From: Mobula hypostoma
Taxonomy: Eukaryota
Direction: 5' to 3'
DNA: 64,000 bases
NCBI RefSeq assembly: GCF_963921235.1
Contig: NC_086097.1
Span: forward strand, 248,312,001 to 248,376,000
In this document: positions 1 through 13,572 of the stretch, in pieces
Position numbering within the stretch: the first letter of the stretch is position 1
How the letters are laid out: each line of letters opens with the position of its first letter
The notes under the pieces: model-generated
Seen by the model: the letters and a program-made list of their open reading frames with translations, nothing else
Databases searched by the model: none
What the model was told of the DNA's origin: nothing
Position numbers and translations under genes: made by a program

Positions 1-790
1 AGTGGACCGCACGACCCAATTTACATCGGTGGTGCGCAAGTGGAACAGGTCAAAAGCTTTAAGTTCCTCGGGGCCAATATCACAAATGACCCGACTTGGT
101 CCAACCAAGCAGAGTCCACTGCCAAGAAGGCCCACCAGTGCCTTTACTTCCTAAGAAAGCTAAAGAAATTTGGCCTGTTCCCCTAAAACCCTCACTAATT
201 TTTATAGATGCACCGTAGAAAGCATTCTTCTAGGGTGCATCACAACCTGGTATGGAAGTTGTCCTGTCCAAGACCGAAAGAAGCTGCAGAAGATCGTGAA
301 CGCAGCCCAGCACATCACACAAACCAATCTTCCGTCCTTGGACTCACTTTACACCGCACGCTGTCGGAGCAGTGCTGCCAGGATAATCAAGGACATGACC
401 CACCCAGCCAACACACTTTTCGTCCCTCTTCCCTCCGGGAGAAGGCTCAGGAGCTTGAAGGCCTGTATGGCCAGATTTGGGAACAGCTTCTTTCCAACTG
501 TGATAAGACTGCTGAACGGATCCTGACCCGGATCTGGGCCGTACCCTCCAAATATCTGGACCTGCCTCTCGGTTTTTTTGCACTACCTTACTTTCCATTT
601 TTCTATTTTCTATGTTCTATTTATGATTTATATTTTAAATGATTAATATTTAATATTTTTACTATTTTTAATATTTAATATTTGTAATCCAGGGAGTGTG
701 AAGCGCAGAATCAAATATCGCTGTGATGATTGTACGTTCTAGTATCAATTGTTTGCCGACAATAAAGTATAAAGTATAAGAATAAAGTAT
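1..790 (+). mobile_element. 3' end of a Rex/Babar-type LINE
   Basis: ORF 170-526 (PKTLTNFYRCTVESILLGCITTWYG...LPSGRRLRS) resembles the C-terminus of Rex1/Babar ORF2. Ends in an aataaagtat repeat tail at ~761-790. Confidence 0.8.
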
Positions 791-1920
791 GGCTTTGCCT
801 AATTTTAGAATGTACTATTGGGCAAAAATATTCCATATAATTACTTTTTGGATTCACTATTCAGATATACATGAATGTCCTTCATGATTGGATCTAGAGA
901 TAAACTCGGTGAAAGGATTCTCTTTGGCCTCTTTACTGGGAGTTCCTCTTCCCTTTCAATTTGGTTTCAGTTTCGTAGATTTTTTGAGTTAAATAATTTT
1001 AGTCTTTCTTATAATATCTATCTCAATTTTTTTTAAACCATCAATTTTGGATAAGGCCTTTGGAAAACCAAGGGAATAATAACTTTTTCAGATTTGTTTT
1101 TAGATGCCTTTTTCTCAGTTAGTGGATAAATATGATTTATCATATTTATTATATGATTTATTCATATATGATGAATGCACTGCCTGAGTCAGTGGTGAAG
1201 GCAGATACACTAGTGAAGTTTAAGAGACTACTAGACAGGTATATGGAGGAATTTAAGGTGGGGGCTTATATGGGAGGCAGGGTTTGAGGTTTGGCACAAC
1301 ATTGTGGGCCGAAGGGCCTGTACTGTGCTGTACTATTCTATGTTCTATGTTCTAATGTACACTTTTTTAGATATTTACAAATTAGGAATTTTTTACGTGG
1401 TTTGTTGCCGAATTACCCTTCTGCTTATCCACCTAATATGACAGATGCTCGCTTTCGGTTTAAACCATTTCAAAAAGGGTTGATAGCTATAATCTATAAA
1501 CAGTTATTGAGTTCACGAATGATATCTAATGATAAAATTAAACATGATTGGGAATCGGAACTTCAAGAGTCATTTTCAGATAAACAATGGAGTAAAATTT
1601 TTCATTCAGTTAACAACTCATCTACTTGTGCCCGTCATTCCTTGATACAGTTCAAGGTAAGTGCATCAGGCCCACATGTCAAAGGATAAACTAGCTCGTA
1701 TTTTCCCCAATATTAATCCTATTTGTGACAGATGTAATACTGAGCTGGCCACTTTAACTCATATGTATTGGTCTTGTATAAAGCTAGATAACTTTTGGAA
1801 AGATATTTTTAAATCACTATCAAAAGTTTTGGATCCGGATCTACAATCTAATTTGTTTACGACAATTTTTGGGATTATCCCATCAGAAGCAGGAAATATT
1901 CCTGTTTCTGCTCAACGTAT
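791..1920 (+). mobile_element. Degraded L1-like LINE ORF2 C-terminal fragment, interrupted by a short CR1 3' end at ~1173-1352
   Basis: Frameshifted CARHSLIQFK../..CDRCNTELATLTHMYWSC zinc-finger region. The insert is nearly identical to 12562-12743 and ends in (ttctatg)n. Confidence 0.75.
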
Positions 1921-2440
1921 GCTAGATTAATAAAGATTAATAAAGAAAGATCAATCTAACCTTTCCCTCCCACAAGTCCCCACTTTTCTATCAGCCTTTT
2001 GTCAAGTAATCTCTTAAATGTTCCTAATGTATCTGTCTCTACCAACACCCTATATTTAGCTATGGTGCCTAAGATGTTTACACAGTACTGTATTTATCAA
2101 CATGGAGCAGAGAGTGAGTTCATAAATCTAGCGGGAGCAACGGATGTTGGGAGTGGTGAGGGTGGAGTGCCACAGGAGGGGTGTGGGACAGCTGGCAGAC
2201 AAGGAGTGTCAGGGGTGGGGCGGTGGCAAGAGAGCAGAAACACCCGGCCCTGAGACGCCAGGCAAGGTCATTTGATTCCAATTAATTTATTGATCATTAC
2301 AGAATATCCTTCTGGTGCATCCCGCTCCCTCCTCTCTCTCTTTTCCTTTTCCCAACCACGATTCCCCTCTCCCTGCCCCCTTCCCACTCCCAGTCCACAA
2401 TAGAGACCCGTATCAGAATCAGGTTTATCATCACTCACAT

Positions 2441-4225
2441 AGAAACAGGTGAATTGATTATGGGGAGCACGGACATGGCAGACCAATTGAATAATTACTT
2501 TGGTTCTGTCTTCACTAAGGAGGACATAAATAATCTTCTGGAAATAGTAGGGGACAGAGGGTCCAGTGAGATGGAGGAACTGAGCGAAATACATGTTAGT
2601 AGGGAAGTGGTGTTAGGTAAATTGAAGGGATTGAAGGCAGATAATTCCCCAGGGCCAGATGGTCTGCATCCCAGAGTGCTTAAGGAAGTAGCCCAAGAAA
2701 TAGTGGATGCATTAGTGATAATTTTTCAAAACTCTTTAGATTCTGGACTAGTTCCTGAGGATTGGAGGGTGGCTAATGTAACCCCACTTTTTAAAAAAGG
2801 AGGGAGAGAGAAACCAGGGAATTATAGACCGGTTAGCCTAACATCGGTGGTGGGGAAACTGCTAGAGTCAGTTATCAAAGATGTGATAACAGCACATTTG
2901 GGAAGCGGTGAAATCATCGGACAAAGTCAGCATGGATTTGTGAAAGGAAAATCATGTCTGACGAATCTCATAGAATTTTTTGAGGATGTAACTAGTAGAG
3001 TGGATAGGGCAGAACCAGTGGATGTGGTATATTTGGATTTTCAAAAGGCTTTTGACAAGGTCCCACACAGGAGATTAGTGTGCAAACTTAAAGCACACGG
3101 TATTGGGGGTAAAGTATTGATGTGGATGGAGAATTGGTTGGCAGACAGGAAGCAAAGAGTGGGAATAAACGGGACCTTTTCAGAATGGCAGGCAGTGACT
3201 AGTGGGGTACCGCAAGGCTCAGTGCTGGGACCCCAGTTGTTTACAATATATATTAATGACTTAGGCGAGGGAATTAAATGCAGCATCTCCAAGTTTGCGG
3301 ATGACACAAAGCTGGGCGGCAGTGTTAGCTGTGAGGAGGATGCTAAGAGGATGCAGGGTGACTTGGATAGGTTAGGTGAGTGGGCAAATTCATGACAGAT
3401 GCAATTTAATGTGGATAAATGTGAAGTTATCCACTTTGGTAGCAAAAACAGGAAAACAGATTATTATCTGAATGGTGGCCGATTAGGAAAAGGGGAGGTG
3501 CAACGAGACCTGGGTGTCATTATACACCAGTCATTGAAAGTGGGCATGCAGGTACAGCAGGCGGTGAAAAAGGCGAATGGTATGCTGGCATTTATAGCAA
3601 GAGGATTCGAGCACAGGAGCAGGGAGGTACTACTGCAGTTGTACAAGGCCTTGGTGAGACCACACCTGGAGTATTGTGTGCAGTTTTGGTCCCCTAATCT
3701 GAGGAAAGACATCCTTGCCATAGAGGGAGTACAAAGAAGGTTCACCAGATTGATTCCTGGGATGGCAGGACTTTCATATGATGAAAGACTGGATGAACTA
3801 GGTTTATACTCGTTGGAATTTAGAAGATTGAGTGGGGATCTGATTGAAACGTATAAAATCCTAAAGGGATTGGACAGGCTAGATGCAGGAAGATTGTTCC
3901 CGATGTTGGGGAAGTCCAGAACGAGGGGTCACAGTTTGAGGATAAAGGGGAAGCCTTTTAGGACTGAGATTAGGAAAAACTTCTTCACACAGAGAGTGGT
4001 GAATCTGTGGAATTCTCTGCCACAGGAAACAGTTGAGGCTGGTTCATTGGCTATATTTAAGAGGGAGTTAGATATGGCCCTTGTGGCTAAAGGGATCAGG
4101 GGGTATGGAGAGAAGGCAGGTACAGTGTTCTGAGTTGGATGATCAGCCATGATCATACTGAATGGTGGTGCAGGCTCGAAGGGCCGAATGGCCTACTCCT
4201 GCACCTATTTTCTATGTTTTCTATA
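2441..4225 (+). mobile_element. Young 5'-truncated CR1 LINE (RT domain + 3' UTR) with one premature TGA at 3393-3395
   Basis: ORFs 2454-3395 and 3399-4133 are in the same frame, with [34 protein letters not shown] and RTRGHS motifs and a (ttctatgt) tail. It splits a host repeat (actcacat|atgtcatgaa) that is uninterrupted at ~18690-18900. Confidence 0.95.
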
Positions 4226-5388
4226 TGTCATGAAATTAATATTTTTTGTGGCAGCAGTACGATGCTATACATAAGAGTACTGCAGTCCTGTGCTAAAGTC
4301 TTTGGCACCCTAGTTATGTTGATGTAAGACTTTTGCACAGTACTGTACACACTGACATCTCTCCTACACTTCCCTTCAATCACCATAAAATTATAGCCCC
4401 TTGTATTAGTCATTTCCATCCGGGAAAAAGTTTCTAACTGTAAACTCTGTCAATCCCTCTTTTGCATGAGTTTTGTATGTGTTCCCGAGGGAGAAGCCAG
4501 GAGGATGGGAGAAGCCAGGTGATTGGTGGAAGAGCTAAAGGGCTGAAGAAGAAGGAATCTGATAGGAGAGGAGAGTGGACCATAGGAGAAAGGGAAGGAA
4601 GAGAGAACTTGAGGGAGTTGGTAGGCCGGTGAGAAGAAGTAAGAGGGGGAGTCAGAATAGGGAATGGAAGAAGGGAGAAAGAGAAGGGGGAGGAGATAAC
4701 TGGAAGTTAGAGATATCGATGTTCATGTTATCAGGTGGGAAGCTACCCAGACAAATATGAAGTGTTGCTCCTCTGGCCTGAGAGGGGCCTCATCGTGACA
4801 GTTTAGGAGGCTGTGGCAAGTGTGACATTCCAAATGCTGGGAACACTGAGCAGATTAACGTTTCAAATTGAAGACTTTTTCTCTTAATTTCAGATTACAA
4901 TCTGCTTTTTTAAAAAATCTTCTTCTATCTGAAGATCTTTCTGAAATTTATAAGGGGGAAAGAGGATGGAATCATTGGGCAATGGATCTAAAGTTTCGTT
5001 TTCATTCCCAATGCTGGTTTGAGGTTGTTTTTTCACACAGATTAGTCAATTTTCACACAATTTAGTCTTGCCTCAGACTGTTAGACTGATGAATACCCTA
5101 ACACCACCAAGGTCTTGTCACTAGGACAGCAAGCTGTTTACTCTTTACCTTTGCTTTACTACCAACATTTTGAATTAATATGTATTAACTTATTTACGGT
5201 AATATTTTGTTTTACGTACTGTGTGTGATATATTTTGTGTGGGTTCACCGTGTTCCAGAGGAACATTGTTTCATTTAGCTGTATGTATGTACAGACAGGA
5301 GACAATACGACTCGAACTTGCTCTTCAACTTGAGCAGATGAATTATGAGTAAGTGGTTTTCACAGATTATTTGTTTTCTCTCTCACAG

Positions 5389-5464
5389 CCGAGTTGGTTT
5401 CTATGTCAACACATTCAGAAACATTACCTGCATAGAGTCTAAATTCCACAAGGAGGTCGCAGTG
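5389..5464 (+). CDS. AMPH: Amphiphysin coding exon, end of N-BAR domain: (S)RVGFYVNTFRNITCIESKFHKEVAV
   Basis: Acceptor tttctctctcacag, donor GTG|gtgagt; 76 nt = 1 nt + 25 codons. Peptide matches recalled vertebrate AMPH RVGFYVNTFKNVSSLEAKFHKEIAV. Confidence 0.96.
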
Positions 5465-5619
5465 GTGAGTAGTCATGACTCAACACCCGCTGAAGGTGTT
5501 TTTAGCAGTGAACTTCATGTCACCCCAAGGTCTATCGAGTGATTGCTTATACAGCACTTCTGGTGGATGAGTGAAAGTAATGAAAATAGCACTGGATTCA
5601 CAAGCGATTCTGCAGAGAC

Positions 5620-5660
<41 letters not shown>
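5620..5660. repeat. (CA)n microsatellite
   Basis: Directly visible; abuts a Penelope terminal fragment. Confidence 0.98.
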
Positions 5661-5663
<3 letters not shown>

Positions 5664-6039
5664 GTTGGAGGAACTCAGCAGGTCAGGCAGCATCTGTGGA
5701 GGGAAATGAGCAGTCATCATTTCATCAAGACTGGAAAGGAAGAGGCAAAGTTCTTAATGACATGAGCAGCACACAAAATACCACAGGAACTTAATTTCAA
5801 TATTTTTGAGGAGCTGAACAACCAATCAGCAGGAGGCAGTTCGCAAAAAAAATCCTTTCAGTCAGGTCCCCATTCAAGATTTAAAAAGCAAAGCCAAGCA
5901 GCAGTTTTCTCTGAGTTGCGCAGTCGACTGCGTAAAATGAGCCACCTTTTAATCAGGACGGCAATGAAGGTTTTACAGGCAGAGTTTCACGGCGGTTTCT
6001 CTGAGCTGAGCAGCCAGAGGGATCCATTAGAAAGGACCA

Positions 6040-9000
6040 ATATAAATAACTCTAGTGCAAGTGGAATGGCAGCCATTCTTTTGAGTGCACCAGTCTTTAG
6101 AGTGCCATTGGCTCATCAGACTTAGGTGAGCTCAGGCTCGGGTGAGGTAAAATATCTTGTAAGTTACTCTCTCTCTCTGTTCTTATTTGTTCATTCCTCA
6201 TCTGTTGGGGCATAGTAGTTTAGTGAGAATGGCTCCAGGGGCAGTGTTCTGTACTGTGTGTGGGATGTGGGAAGTCTGGGAGACCTCCCGTCCCAGATAA
6301 GCACACCTGCACCAGGTGCAGCTCCAGAGAGAACGTATTAAGGAACTGGAGCAGCAGCTCGATGACCTTCGACTCACACGGGAGAATGAGGAGGTGATAG
6401 ACAGGAGCTATATGGAGGTATTCTGGATTGGGTGTATACAATGAACTGCAATTGATTAGAGAGCTTAAGGTAAAAGAACCCTGACCGGGAAGTGATCACA
6501 ATATGATCAATTTCACCCTGAAATTTGAGAGGGAGAAGCTAAAGTGGAGTAAAGACAATAGGCAGTAGGTGCAAGAGTAGGCCATTCGGCCCTTCGAGCC
6601 AGCACCGCCATTCACTGTGATCATGGCTGATCATTCACTATCAGTATCCAGTTCCTGCCTTATCCCCGTAACCTTTGATTCCGCTATCTTTAAGAGCTCT
6701 ATCCATCTCTTTCTTGAAAGCATCCAGAGACTTGGCCTCCACAGCCTTCTGGGGCAGAGCATTCCATATATCCACCACTCTCTGGGTGAAAAAGTTTTTC
6801 CTCAACTCTGTTCTAAATGGCCTACCTCTAATTCTTAAACTGTGGCCTCTGGTTCTGGACTCACCCATCAGCGGGAACATGCTTCCTGCCTCCAGCGTGT
6901 CTAATCCCTTAATAATCTTATATGTTTCAATAAGATCCCCTCTCAGCCTTCTAAATTCCAGGGTATACAAGCCCAGTGGCTCCAATCTTTTGACATATGA
7001 CAGTCCCGCCATCCCGGGAATTAACCTGGTGAACCTACGCTGCACTCCCTCAATAGCTAGAATATCCTTCCTCAAATTTGGAGACCAAAACTGCACACAG
7101 TACTCCAGGTGTGGTCTCACCAGGGCCCTGTACAGCTGCAGAAGGACCTCTTTGCTCTTATACTCAATTCCCCTTGTTATGAAGGCCAGCATGCCATTAG
7201 CTTGCAGAGGAGTTGGCCAGAATTGATTTGGGAAAAAAAAAACACTGGCAGGCATGACAGCAGAGCAGCAATGGCGGGAATTTCTGGAAGCAACTTGGAA
7301 GGCACAGGATAGATACATCCCAGAAAAAGAAGTATTCTAAAGACAAGATGACGCAACTGTAGCTAACAAGAGAAGTCAAAGCCAACATAAACGCCCAAGA
7401 GGGCAAATAATAGAGCAAAAATTAATGGGAAGTTAGATGATTGAGAGGAAGGTAAAGATGGAGTATGAAAGTAAGCCAGCCAGTAATATTAAAGGGGATA
7501 CCAAAAGTTTCTTCAGATACATGAAGAGTAAAAGAGAGGTGAGAATGGATATCAGACCACTGGAAAATGATGCTGGAGAGGTAGTAATGGGGGATGAGCA
7601 AATGATGGATGAACTGAATAAGTATTTTGCATCAGTCTTCACTGTGGAGGACACCAGCAGGTATGGTGGAAGTTCCAGGTGTCAGGGGTCATGCAGTGTG
7701 TGAAGTTAACATTACTAGGGAGAAGAGATTTGTGAGACTGAAAGGCCTGAAGGTAAATAAGTCACTTGGACCGGATGGTGTACACCCCAGGGTTCTGAAA
7801 GAGGTGGCTGAATAGATTGTGGAGGCATTAGTAATGATCTTTCAATATTCACTAGATTTTGGAATGGTTCCAGAAGACTGGAAGATTGCAAAGGTCACTC
7901 CAAAGAGGGAGAGAGGCAGAAGAAAGGAAATTGCAGGCCATTTAGTCTGACCTCAGTAGTTGCGAAGATGTTGGAATCAATTGTTAAGGATGTGGTCTCG
8001 AGGTACTTGGAGGCACATGATAAAATAGGCTGCAGTCAGCATATTTTCCTCAAGGGAAAATCCTACCTGACAAATCTGTTGGAATTCTTTGAAGAAATAA
8101 CAAGTAGGACAGACAAAAGAGAATCGGTTGATGTTGTGTACTTGGATTTTCAGAAGGCCTCTGACAAGTTGCCACACATGAGGCTGCTTAACAAGCTACG
8201 AGCTCGTGGTATTACAGGAAAGATTCTAGTGTGGATAGAGCCGTGGTTGTTTGACGGGAGGCAAAGAGTGGGAATAAAGGGAGACTTTTCTGACTAGCTG
8301 CCGGTGACTAGCCGTGTTCCATGAGAGTCTATTTTGGGATCGATTCTTTTTATTTTGTATGTCAATAATTTTGATGATGAAATTGATGGCATTGTTGCAA
8401 AGTTTGCGGACGATATGAAGATAGGTGAAGGGGCAGGTAGTTTTGAAGAAGTAGAGAGGCTACAGAAGGACTTAAATTGATTAGGAGAAAGAAATGACAG
8501 ATGGGATAAAGTGTATGGTCATGCACTTTGGTAGACGTAATGAAAGGGTTGACTATTTTCTAAATGGAGAGAAAATACAAAAAAACTGAGGTGCAATGGA
8601 ACTTGGGAGTCTTTGTGCAGGATTTCCTAAAGGTTAATTTGCAGGTTGAGACTGTGGTGAGGAAGGCAAATGCAATGTTAGCATTCATTTCAAGAGGACT
8701 AGAACATAAAAGCAAGGATGTAATGTTGAGACTTTATAAAGCACTGGTAAGGCCTCACTTGGAGTATTGTGAGCAGTTTGGGACCTCTTGGTAAGGAAGT
8801 GCTGAGATTGGAGAGTGTTCAAAGGAGGTTCAAGAAAATGATTTCAGAATTGAACGACGTCATATGAAGAGCATTTGATGGCTCTGGGCTTATATTCACT
8901 GGAATTCAGGAGAATGAGGGGTTACCTCATCGAAACCTATCAAATGGTGAAAGGCCTTGATAGAGTGGATGTGGAGAGGATGCTTCCTGTGGTGGGAGAG

Positions 9001-9310
9001 TCTAAGACTAGAGGACACAGCCTCCGAATAGAGGGGCGTCCTTTTAGAACGGAGATGAAGGGGAATTTCTTTAACCAGAGAGTAGTGGAATTCGTTGCCA
9101 CAGGCAGCTGTGGAGGCCAAGTCTGCATGTATATTTAAGGTAGTGGTTGATAGATTCTTGACTGGTCAGGGTATGAGGGGACACGGGGAGAAGGAGATTG
9201 GGGCTGAAAAGAAAAGTGGATCAGCTCTGAAGAAATGGAAAAGCAGACTTGATGGGCCAAATGGCCCAATTCCATTCCTCTATCTTATGGTCCTATGGTG
9301 TTGCTGAAAA
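6040..9310 (+). mobile_element. Old, internally deleted CR1 LINE (ORF1 zinc-finger/coiled-coil remnant at ~6229-6420, then degraded ORF2)
   Basis: MAPGAVFCTVCGMWEV..HTCTRC..RIKELEQQLDDLR at the 5' end. RT fragments with many stops and frameshifts from 7430 to 9140. Confidence 0.8.
6558..7201 (-). mobile_element. Younger CR1 3' fragment nested antisense in the old CR1
   Basis: Intact C-terminal frame ANGMLAFITRGIEYKSKEVLLQLYRALVRPHLEYCVQFWSP...GYGDKAGTGY. Confidence 0.9.
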
Positions 9311-9644
9311 GAATTTGGATAGGTACATGGATGGGAGGGCTATGGGCCTGGTGCAGGTTAATGTGACTAGGCAATTTAAATAGTTCAGCATTGGCTAGAG
9401 GGGCCAAAGGGTCTGTGCCTGTACTGTAGTTTCTGTGACTATATCATTAAGAACTTTGTTACTTTCTTTCCAGTCCTGATGAAGGTCTTGGCCTGAAGCT
9501 TTGGCTATTTCAAGTTCAGGTTCTTTGCTATTCAATCATATGCATGTATACAGCTCAATGAAATATTCCTCTATGGCAAAAGTGCAAACTCCCCGTACAT
9601 ACTGTCACACACAGCACGTATAGTCACAAAATAACATTAGCACC

Positions 9645-10375
9645 AGTCACAAACAAGAGAAAATCTGCAGGTGCTGGAAATCCGAGCAACACACACAAAA
9701 TGCTGGAGGAACTCAGCAGGCCAGGCAGCATCTATGGAAACAAGTGTAGCTGACGTTTCGGACCGAAACCCTTCAGCAGAACTGGAGAAAAAAAGATGAG
9801 GAGTAGGTTTAAAAGGTGGGGGGTGGGGAGAGAGAACCACCAAATGGTAGGTGAAACTTGGAAGGGGATGGATGAAGTAAAGAGCTTGCAAATTGAGAGA
9901 GGGAAAAGGGAATGGGAAATGGTGAGGGGGGTGTTGGGAGGCATTACCAGAAGTTTGAGAAATCGATGTTCATGCCATCAGGCTGGAGGCTACCCAGACA
10001 AAATACAAGATGTTGTTCCTCCAACCTAAGAGTGGGGTCATCACGATAGTGGGGGAGGCCATGGATAGGCATATCGGAATGGGAATGGGGAGTGGAATTA
10101 AAATGGGTGGCCGCTGGGAGATCCTGCTTGGTCTGAAGGACGGCGTGTAGATGTGCAGTGAGGTGGTCTCCCAATCTACATCGGGTCTCACTGATAGCAG
10201 GAGGCCACGCGGGGAGCACCGAACACAGTATATGACCCAACAGACTCACAGGTGAAGCGTTGCCTCACCTGGAACAACTCTTTGGGCCCTGAATGGTGGT
10301 GAGAGAGGAGGTGTAGGGGCAGGTGTAGCACTTGTTCCGCTTGCAAGGATAAGTGCCAGGAGGGAGTCCCTGGCT
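9645..10375 (-). mobile_element. Penelope-like element fragment (GIY-YIG endonuclease remnant + terminal repeat)
   Basis: ETRCRLGDH...DLPAATHFNSTPHSHSDMPIHGL...RLEEQHLVFCLGSLQPDGMNIDF. The same terminal sequence (acacacaaaatgctggaggaactcagcagg or its complement) recurs at ~5655, 12250, 41635, 45880, 47270, 50530 and 59910. Confidence 0.8.
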
Positions 10376-10599
10376 CCGGGTGCAACTTTGATTTCAGTGT
10401 TTAAGGAAAGTTTGGATAGGTGCATGGATGGTACGGGTATGGAAAGCTACAGTCCTGGTGCAGGTCTATGGGAGTAGGCAGATTAAATGATTTGGCCTGG
10501 ACTAGATGGGCTGAAGGGCCTTTCTCTGTGCTGTAGTTTTCTATAGCTCAATGTCATTAGCACAAGTCCCTGAGTGGCATGGCCTTAAGATTGACAAGT

Positions 10600-11035
10600 T
10601 GATATAAAGTATGTTTAAGTCAGGCAGTACAATGTTAATGTTCTGGTAGAATGTGGCGGGGATGGGAGTGGGGAGCCTCGCTTGCCTCAGTCTCCTCAGG
10701 AAGTGCTGTGCTCTTTTGGCCAGACGTGCGGTGTTGAGAGAGCAAGTGAGATTGTCAGTAATGTCCACCCTAAGACACTCGGTGCTCCTACAGCTCCTGA
10801 AGCTGTAGATGTGAAGTAGAGAATGGTCAGTCTTCACCTGCCTGAAGTCTACAATTATCTCCACAGCCTCATCCACAGTGAAGCTCAGGCTGCCGTGTTG
10901 ACTCCCGTCCACAAGCCGCACTACCTCCTCCCTGTAGGCTTTGTCATCATTGCTGCTGCCGAGGCCAACCATCAAGAAACTTACTGATGTGGTTAGAGGC
11001 AGTACAGTCATCCACTATCAGCGTGAAGAGCAACA
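10600..11035 (-). mobile_element. Degraded Rex/Babar-type RT fragment
   Basis: VGL..SNDDKAYREEVVRLV...EIIVDFR...TDNLTCSLNTARLAKRAQ. Confidence 0.65.
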
Positions 11036-11166
11036 GGCAATTCCCTCCATTGATGCTAACATCCTGCTGTTTGTGTTATGTTTTGAGTATTTTTGAGGAT
11101 ATGAAAATAAAGGCAGTTTCTTATCACCATGTCTCTCTCTCTCCCTCTTTTACCCTTTTCTTCTAG

Positions 11167-11249
11167 CTCTGTCATAAGCTTTATGAAATAATGAGCAAAC
11201 TTGGAGAACAGCATGCGGACAAAGCGTTCACCATCCAAGGGGCTCCCAG
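11167..11249 (+). CDS. AMPH: Amphiphysin coding exon: LCHKLYEIMSKLGEQHADKAFTIQGAP(S)
   Basis: Long pyrimidine tract ending ttcttctag, donor CAG|gtatgg; 83 nt, phase 0 to 2, in frame with both neighbours. Matches AMPH LCHKLYEVMTKLGDQHADKAFTIQGAP. Confidence 0.97.
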
Positions 11250-11429
11250 GTATGGTACCCAACTACAATTCACATTAATGGCAGCTAACTCATACAACTC
11301 ACTTAATAAAGAAAGGGCGCAATCTTACATTTGGTGTCTGCACTGTTCAGCTATTTACTAATCTGGAGAAGGGTATTTTCTGGGACTTTTCTTCAATTCC
11401 CATCTCTAGCCCCTCTCCTTCCTCTTCAT

Positions 11430-11760
11430 TATCATCATCATATGCCATGTCGTACGACGTGGGCGATCATGGTTTTCTCATGACAAATTTTTCTACAGAA
11501 GTGGTTTGCTATTGCCTTCTTCTGGGCAGTGTCTACACTCTTCAGAGATTGTCTACCTGGTGCCAGTGGACGCATAACCAGGACTTGTGATATGGACCAG
11601 CTGCTCATGCGACCATCCACCACCTGCTCCCATGGCTCCACGTGACCCTGATCGGGGGCCTAAGCAGGCACTACACTTTGCCAAGGGTGACCTGCAGGGT
11701 AACGGAGGGAAGGAGGGCCTCTCACCTCTTTTGGTAGAGACATATCTTCACCCTGCCTCC
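11430..11760 (-). mobile_element. Dispersed SINE-like repeat with (GAT)n tail; related copies at ~16810-17150, 45490-45825 (+), 46550-46885 and 47985-48335
   Basis: Shared blocks ctacagaagtggtttgc, cttcagagattgtct, accaggacttgtgat and ggtgacctgcagg across the copies. Confidence 0.75.
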
Positions 11761-11772
11761 CAGCTCTTGAAT

Positions 11773-11852
11773 CAGGGGTTCCCAACCTCTTTCGTGCCAT
11801 GGAGCCTTACCATTAACTGGGAGGTTTGTGGACCGCAGGTTGGGAACCCCTG
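11773..11852. mobile_element. 80-bp hAT-like MITE
   Basis: Perfect 16-bp TIRs caggggttcccaacct / aggttgggaacccctg; imperfect 8-bp flanks tcttgaat / tcttaaaa. Confidence 0.75.
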
Positions 11853-12337
11853 TCTTAAAAGAATAACAAATCAGCCATGATGGAATGGCAGAGCAGTCTC
11901 AATGGGCAAATGACCTAATTCTGCTCCTTTGTCATGTGGTCTAATGGTCTCTTCCTGCCAATCACTTCCTCCTGGTGCCCCCTCCTTCCCTTTCTTCCCT
12001 GGTCCACTTTCCTGGCCTATCATAGTCCTTCTTCAGATCCTTACCTCTTCCACCTATCACCTCCCAGCTTCTCACTTCCTCGCCCACCCACCTGGCTTCA
12101 TCTGTCACCTTCTAGCTTGTAGTTCTTCCCCTCTCCAACCTCCTTATTATGGATTTTAGTCCTGAAGGAGATTTTCAGTCCTGCAGGAGGTTTTCAGTCC
12201 TGAATGAGGGTCTCAGCCAAAACAGCGACTGTTCATTCATTTCTCTCGATGCCAACTGACCTGCTGAGTTACTCCAGCATTTTGTGTGTGTTGCTGCATT
12301 TATTGGGCATACGGGTGGTGATGAGGCTTCACTAGGG

Positions 12338-12743
12338 CATGATAAGGGAGCTAGGGCTTTACTCTTTGGAGAGAAGGAGGATGAGAGGAGACATGATAGA
12401 GGTGTACAAGATAATAAGAGGAATAGATAGAGTGGATAGCCAGTGCCTCTTTCCCAGGGCACCACTGCTCAATACAAGAGGACATGGCTTTAAGGTAAAG
12501 GGTGGGAAGTTCAAGAGGGATATTAGAGGAAGGTTTTTTACTCAGAGAGTGGTTGGTGCGTGGAATGCACTGCCTGAGTCAGTGGTGGAGGCAGATACAC
12601 TAGTGAAGTTTAAGAGACTACTAGACAGGTATATGGATGAATTTAAGGTGGGGGCTTATATGGGAGGCAGGGTTTGAGGGTCGGCACAACATTGTGGGCC
12701 GAAGGGCCTGTACTGTGCTGTACTATTCTATGTTCTATGTTCT
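12338..12743 (+). mobile_element. Young CR1 3' fragment
   Basis: ORF 12339-12677 (ELGLYSLERRRMRGDMIEVYK...TRGHGFK); (ttctatg)n tail. Confidence 0.9.
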
Positions 12744-12829
12744 CTAACTGATTGATTGGTCAAAAACATGATGGATGGAGATCACCTCAGCTCAAGAAAC
12801 ACTTAGCCAGAAGAAATGATTCATTTTGA

Positions 12830-13572
12830 AGGTCAGATTTGAAGGCAGAATACAGGGTTTATACCTGAATTCTTAGCGGTGTGGAGGAATAGCAGGCTCA
12901 TGAGGTTCACATCCATCGATCCCGCAAAGCTGCTGAGCAGGTCGATAGTGTTGTTAGGAAGGTTAACCTTCACTAGTCAGGGACTGAGTTCAAGGTAATG
13001 ATGCAGCTCTCTAAAACTCTGGTTCAGCCACACTTGGAATATTGTGCTCAGTTCTGGTCGCCTCATTACAGGAAGGGTGTAAAAGCTTTGGAGAGGGTGC
13101 AGAGGAGATTTACCAGGATGCTGCCTGGATTAGAGAGCAGGAATTATGAAGATAGGTTGAGAGAGCTAGGGTTTTTCTCTTTGGAGTGAAGGAGGATGAG
13201 AGGTGACTTGATAGAGGTGTAGAAGATGATAAAAGGCATAGAAAGAGTGGACAGCCAGAGACTTTTCCCAGGGCAGAAAAGGCTAATACAAGGGGGCATA
13301 GTTTTAAGGTGTTTCGAGGAAAGTATAGAGGTCATGTCGGAGGTAAGTTCTTCACACAGAGAGTGGTGGATGCATGGAATGTACTGCCAGGGGTAGTGGT
13401 AGAGGCAGATGTGTTAGGGAAATTTAAGAGACTATTAGATAGGCACAGGAATGACAGAAGAATGGAAGGCTATGTGGGAGGGAAGGGTTAGATTGATCTT
13501 AGAATAGTTAAAAGTTCAGCATGGCATTGTCGGCTGAATAGCCTGTACCATACTGTTATGTTATATGTTCTT
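12830..13572 (+). mobile_element. Degraded CR1 3' fragment
   Basis: LVQPHLEYCAQFWSPHYRK motif with stops. Confidence 0.8.

Noticed and set aside
3041..3745. Antisense ORFs over CR1 copies (also 6675-7226, 23174-23878, 59318-59722)
   Set aside because: Shadow frames of the CR1 coding strand, repeated in each copy.
2454..4133. Reverse transcriptase ORFs as a retron, DGR or domesticated gene
   Set aside because: Ordinary 5'-truncated CR1 ORF2 with a premature stop and multiple dispersed copies.
5345..5542. 65-aa ORF as a standalone gene
   Set aside because: It is the 76-nt AMPH exon read through into the flanking introns.
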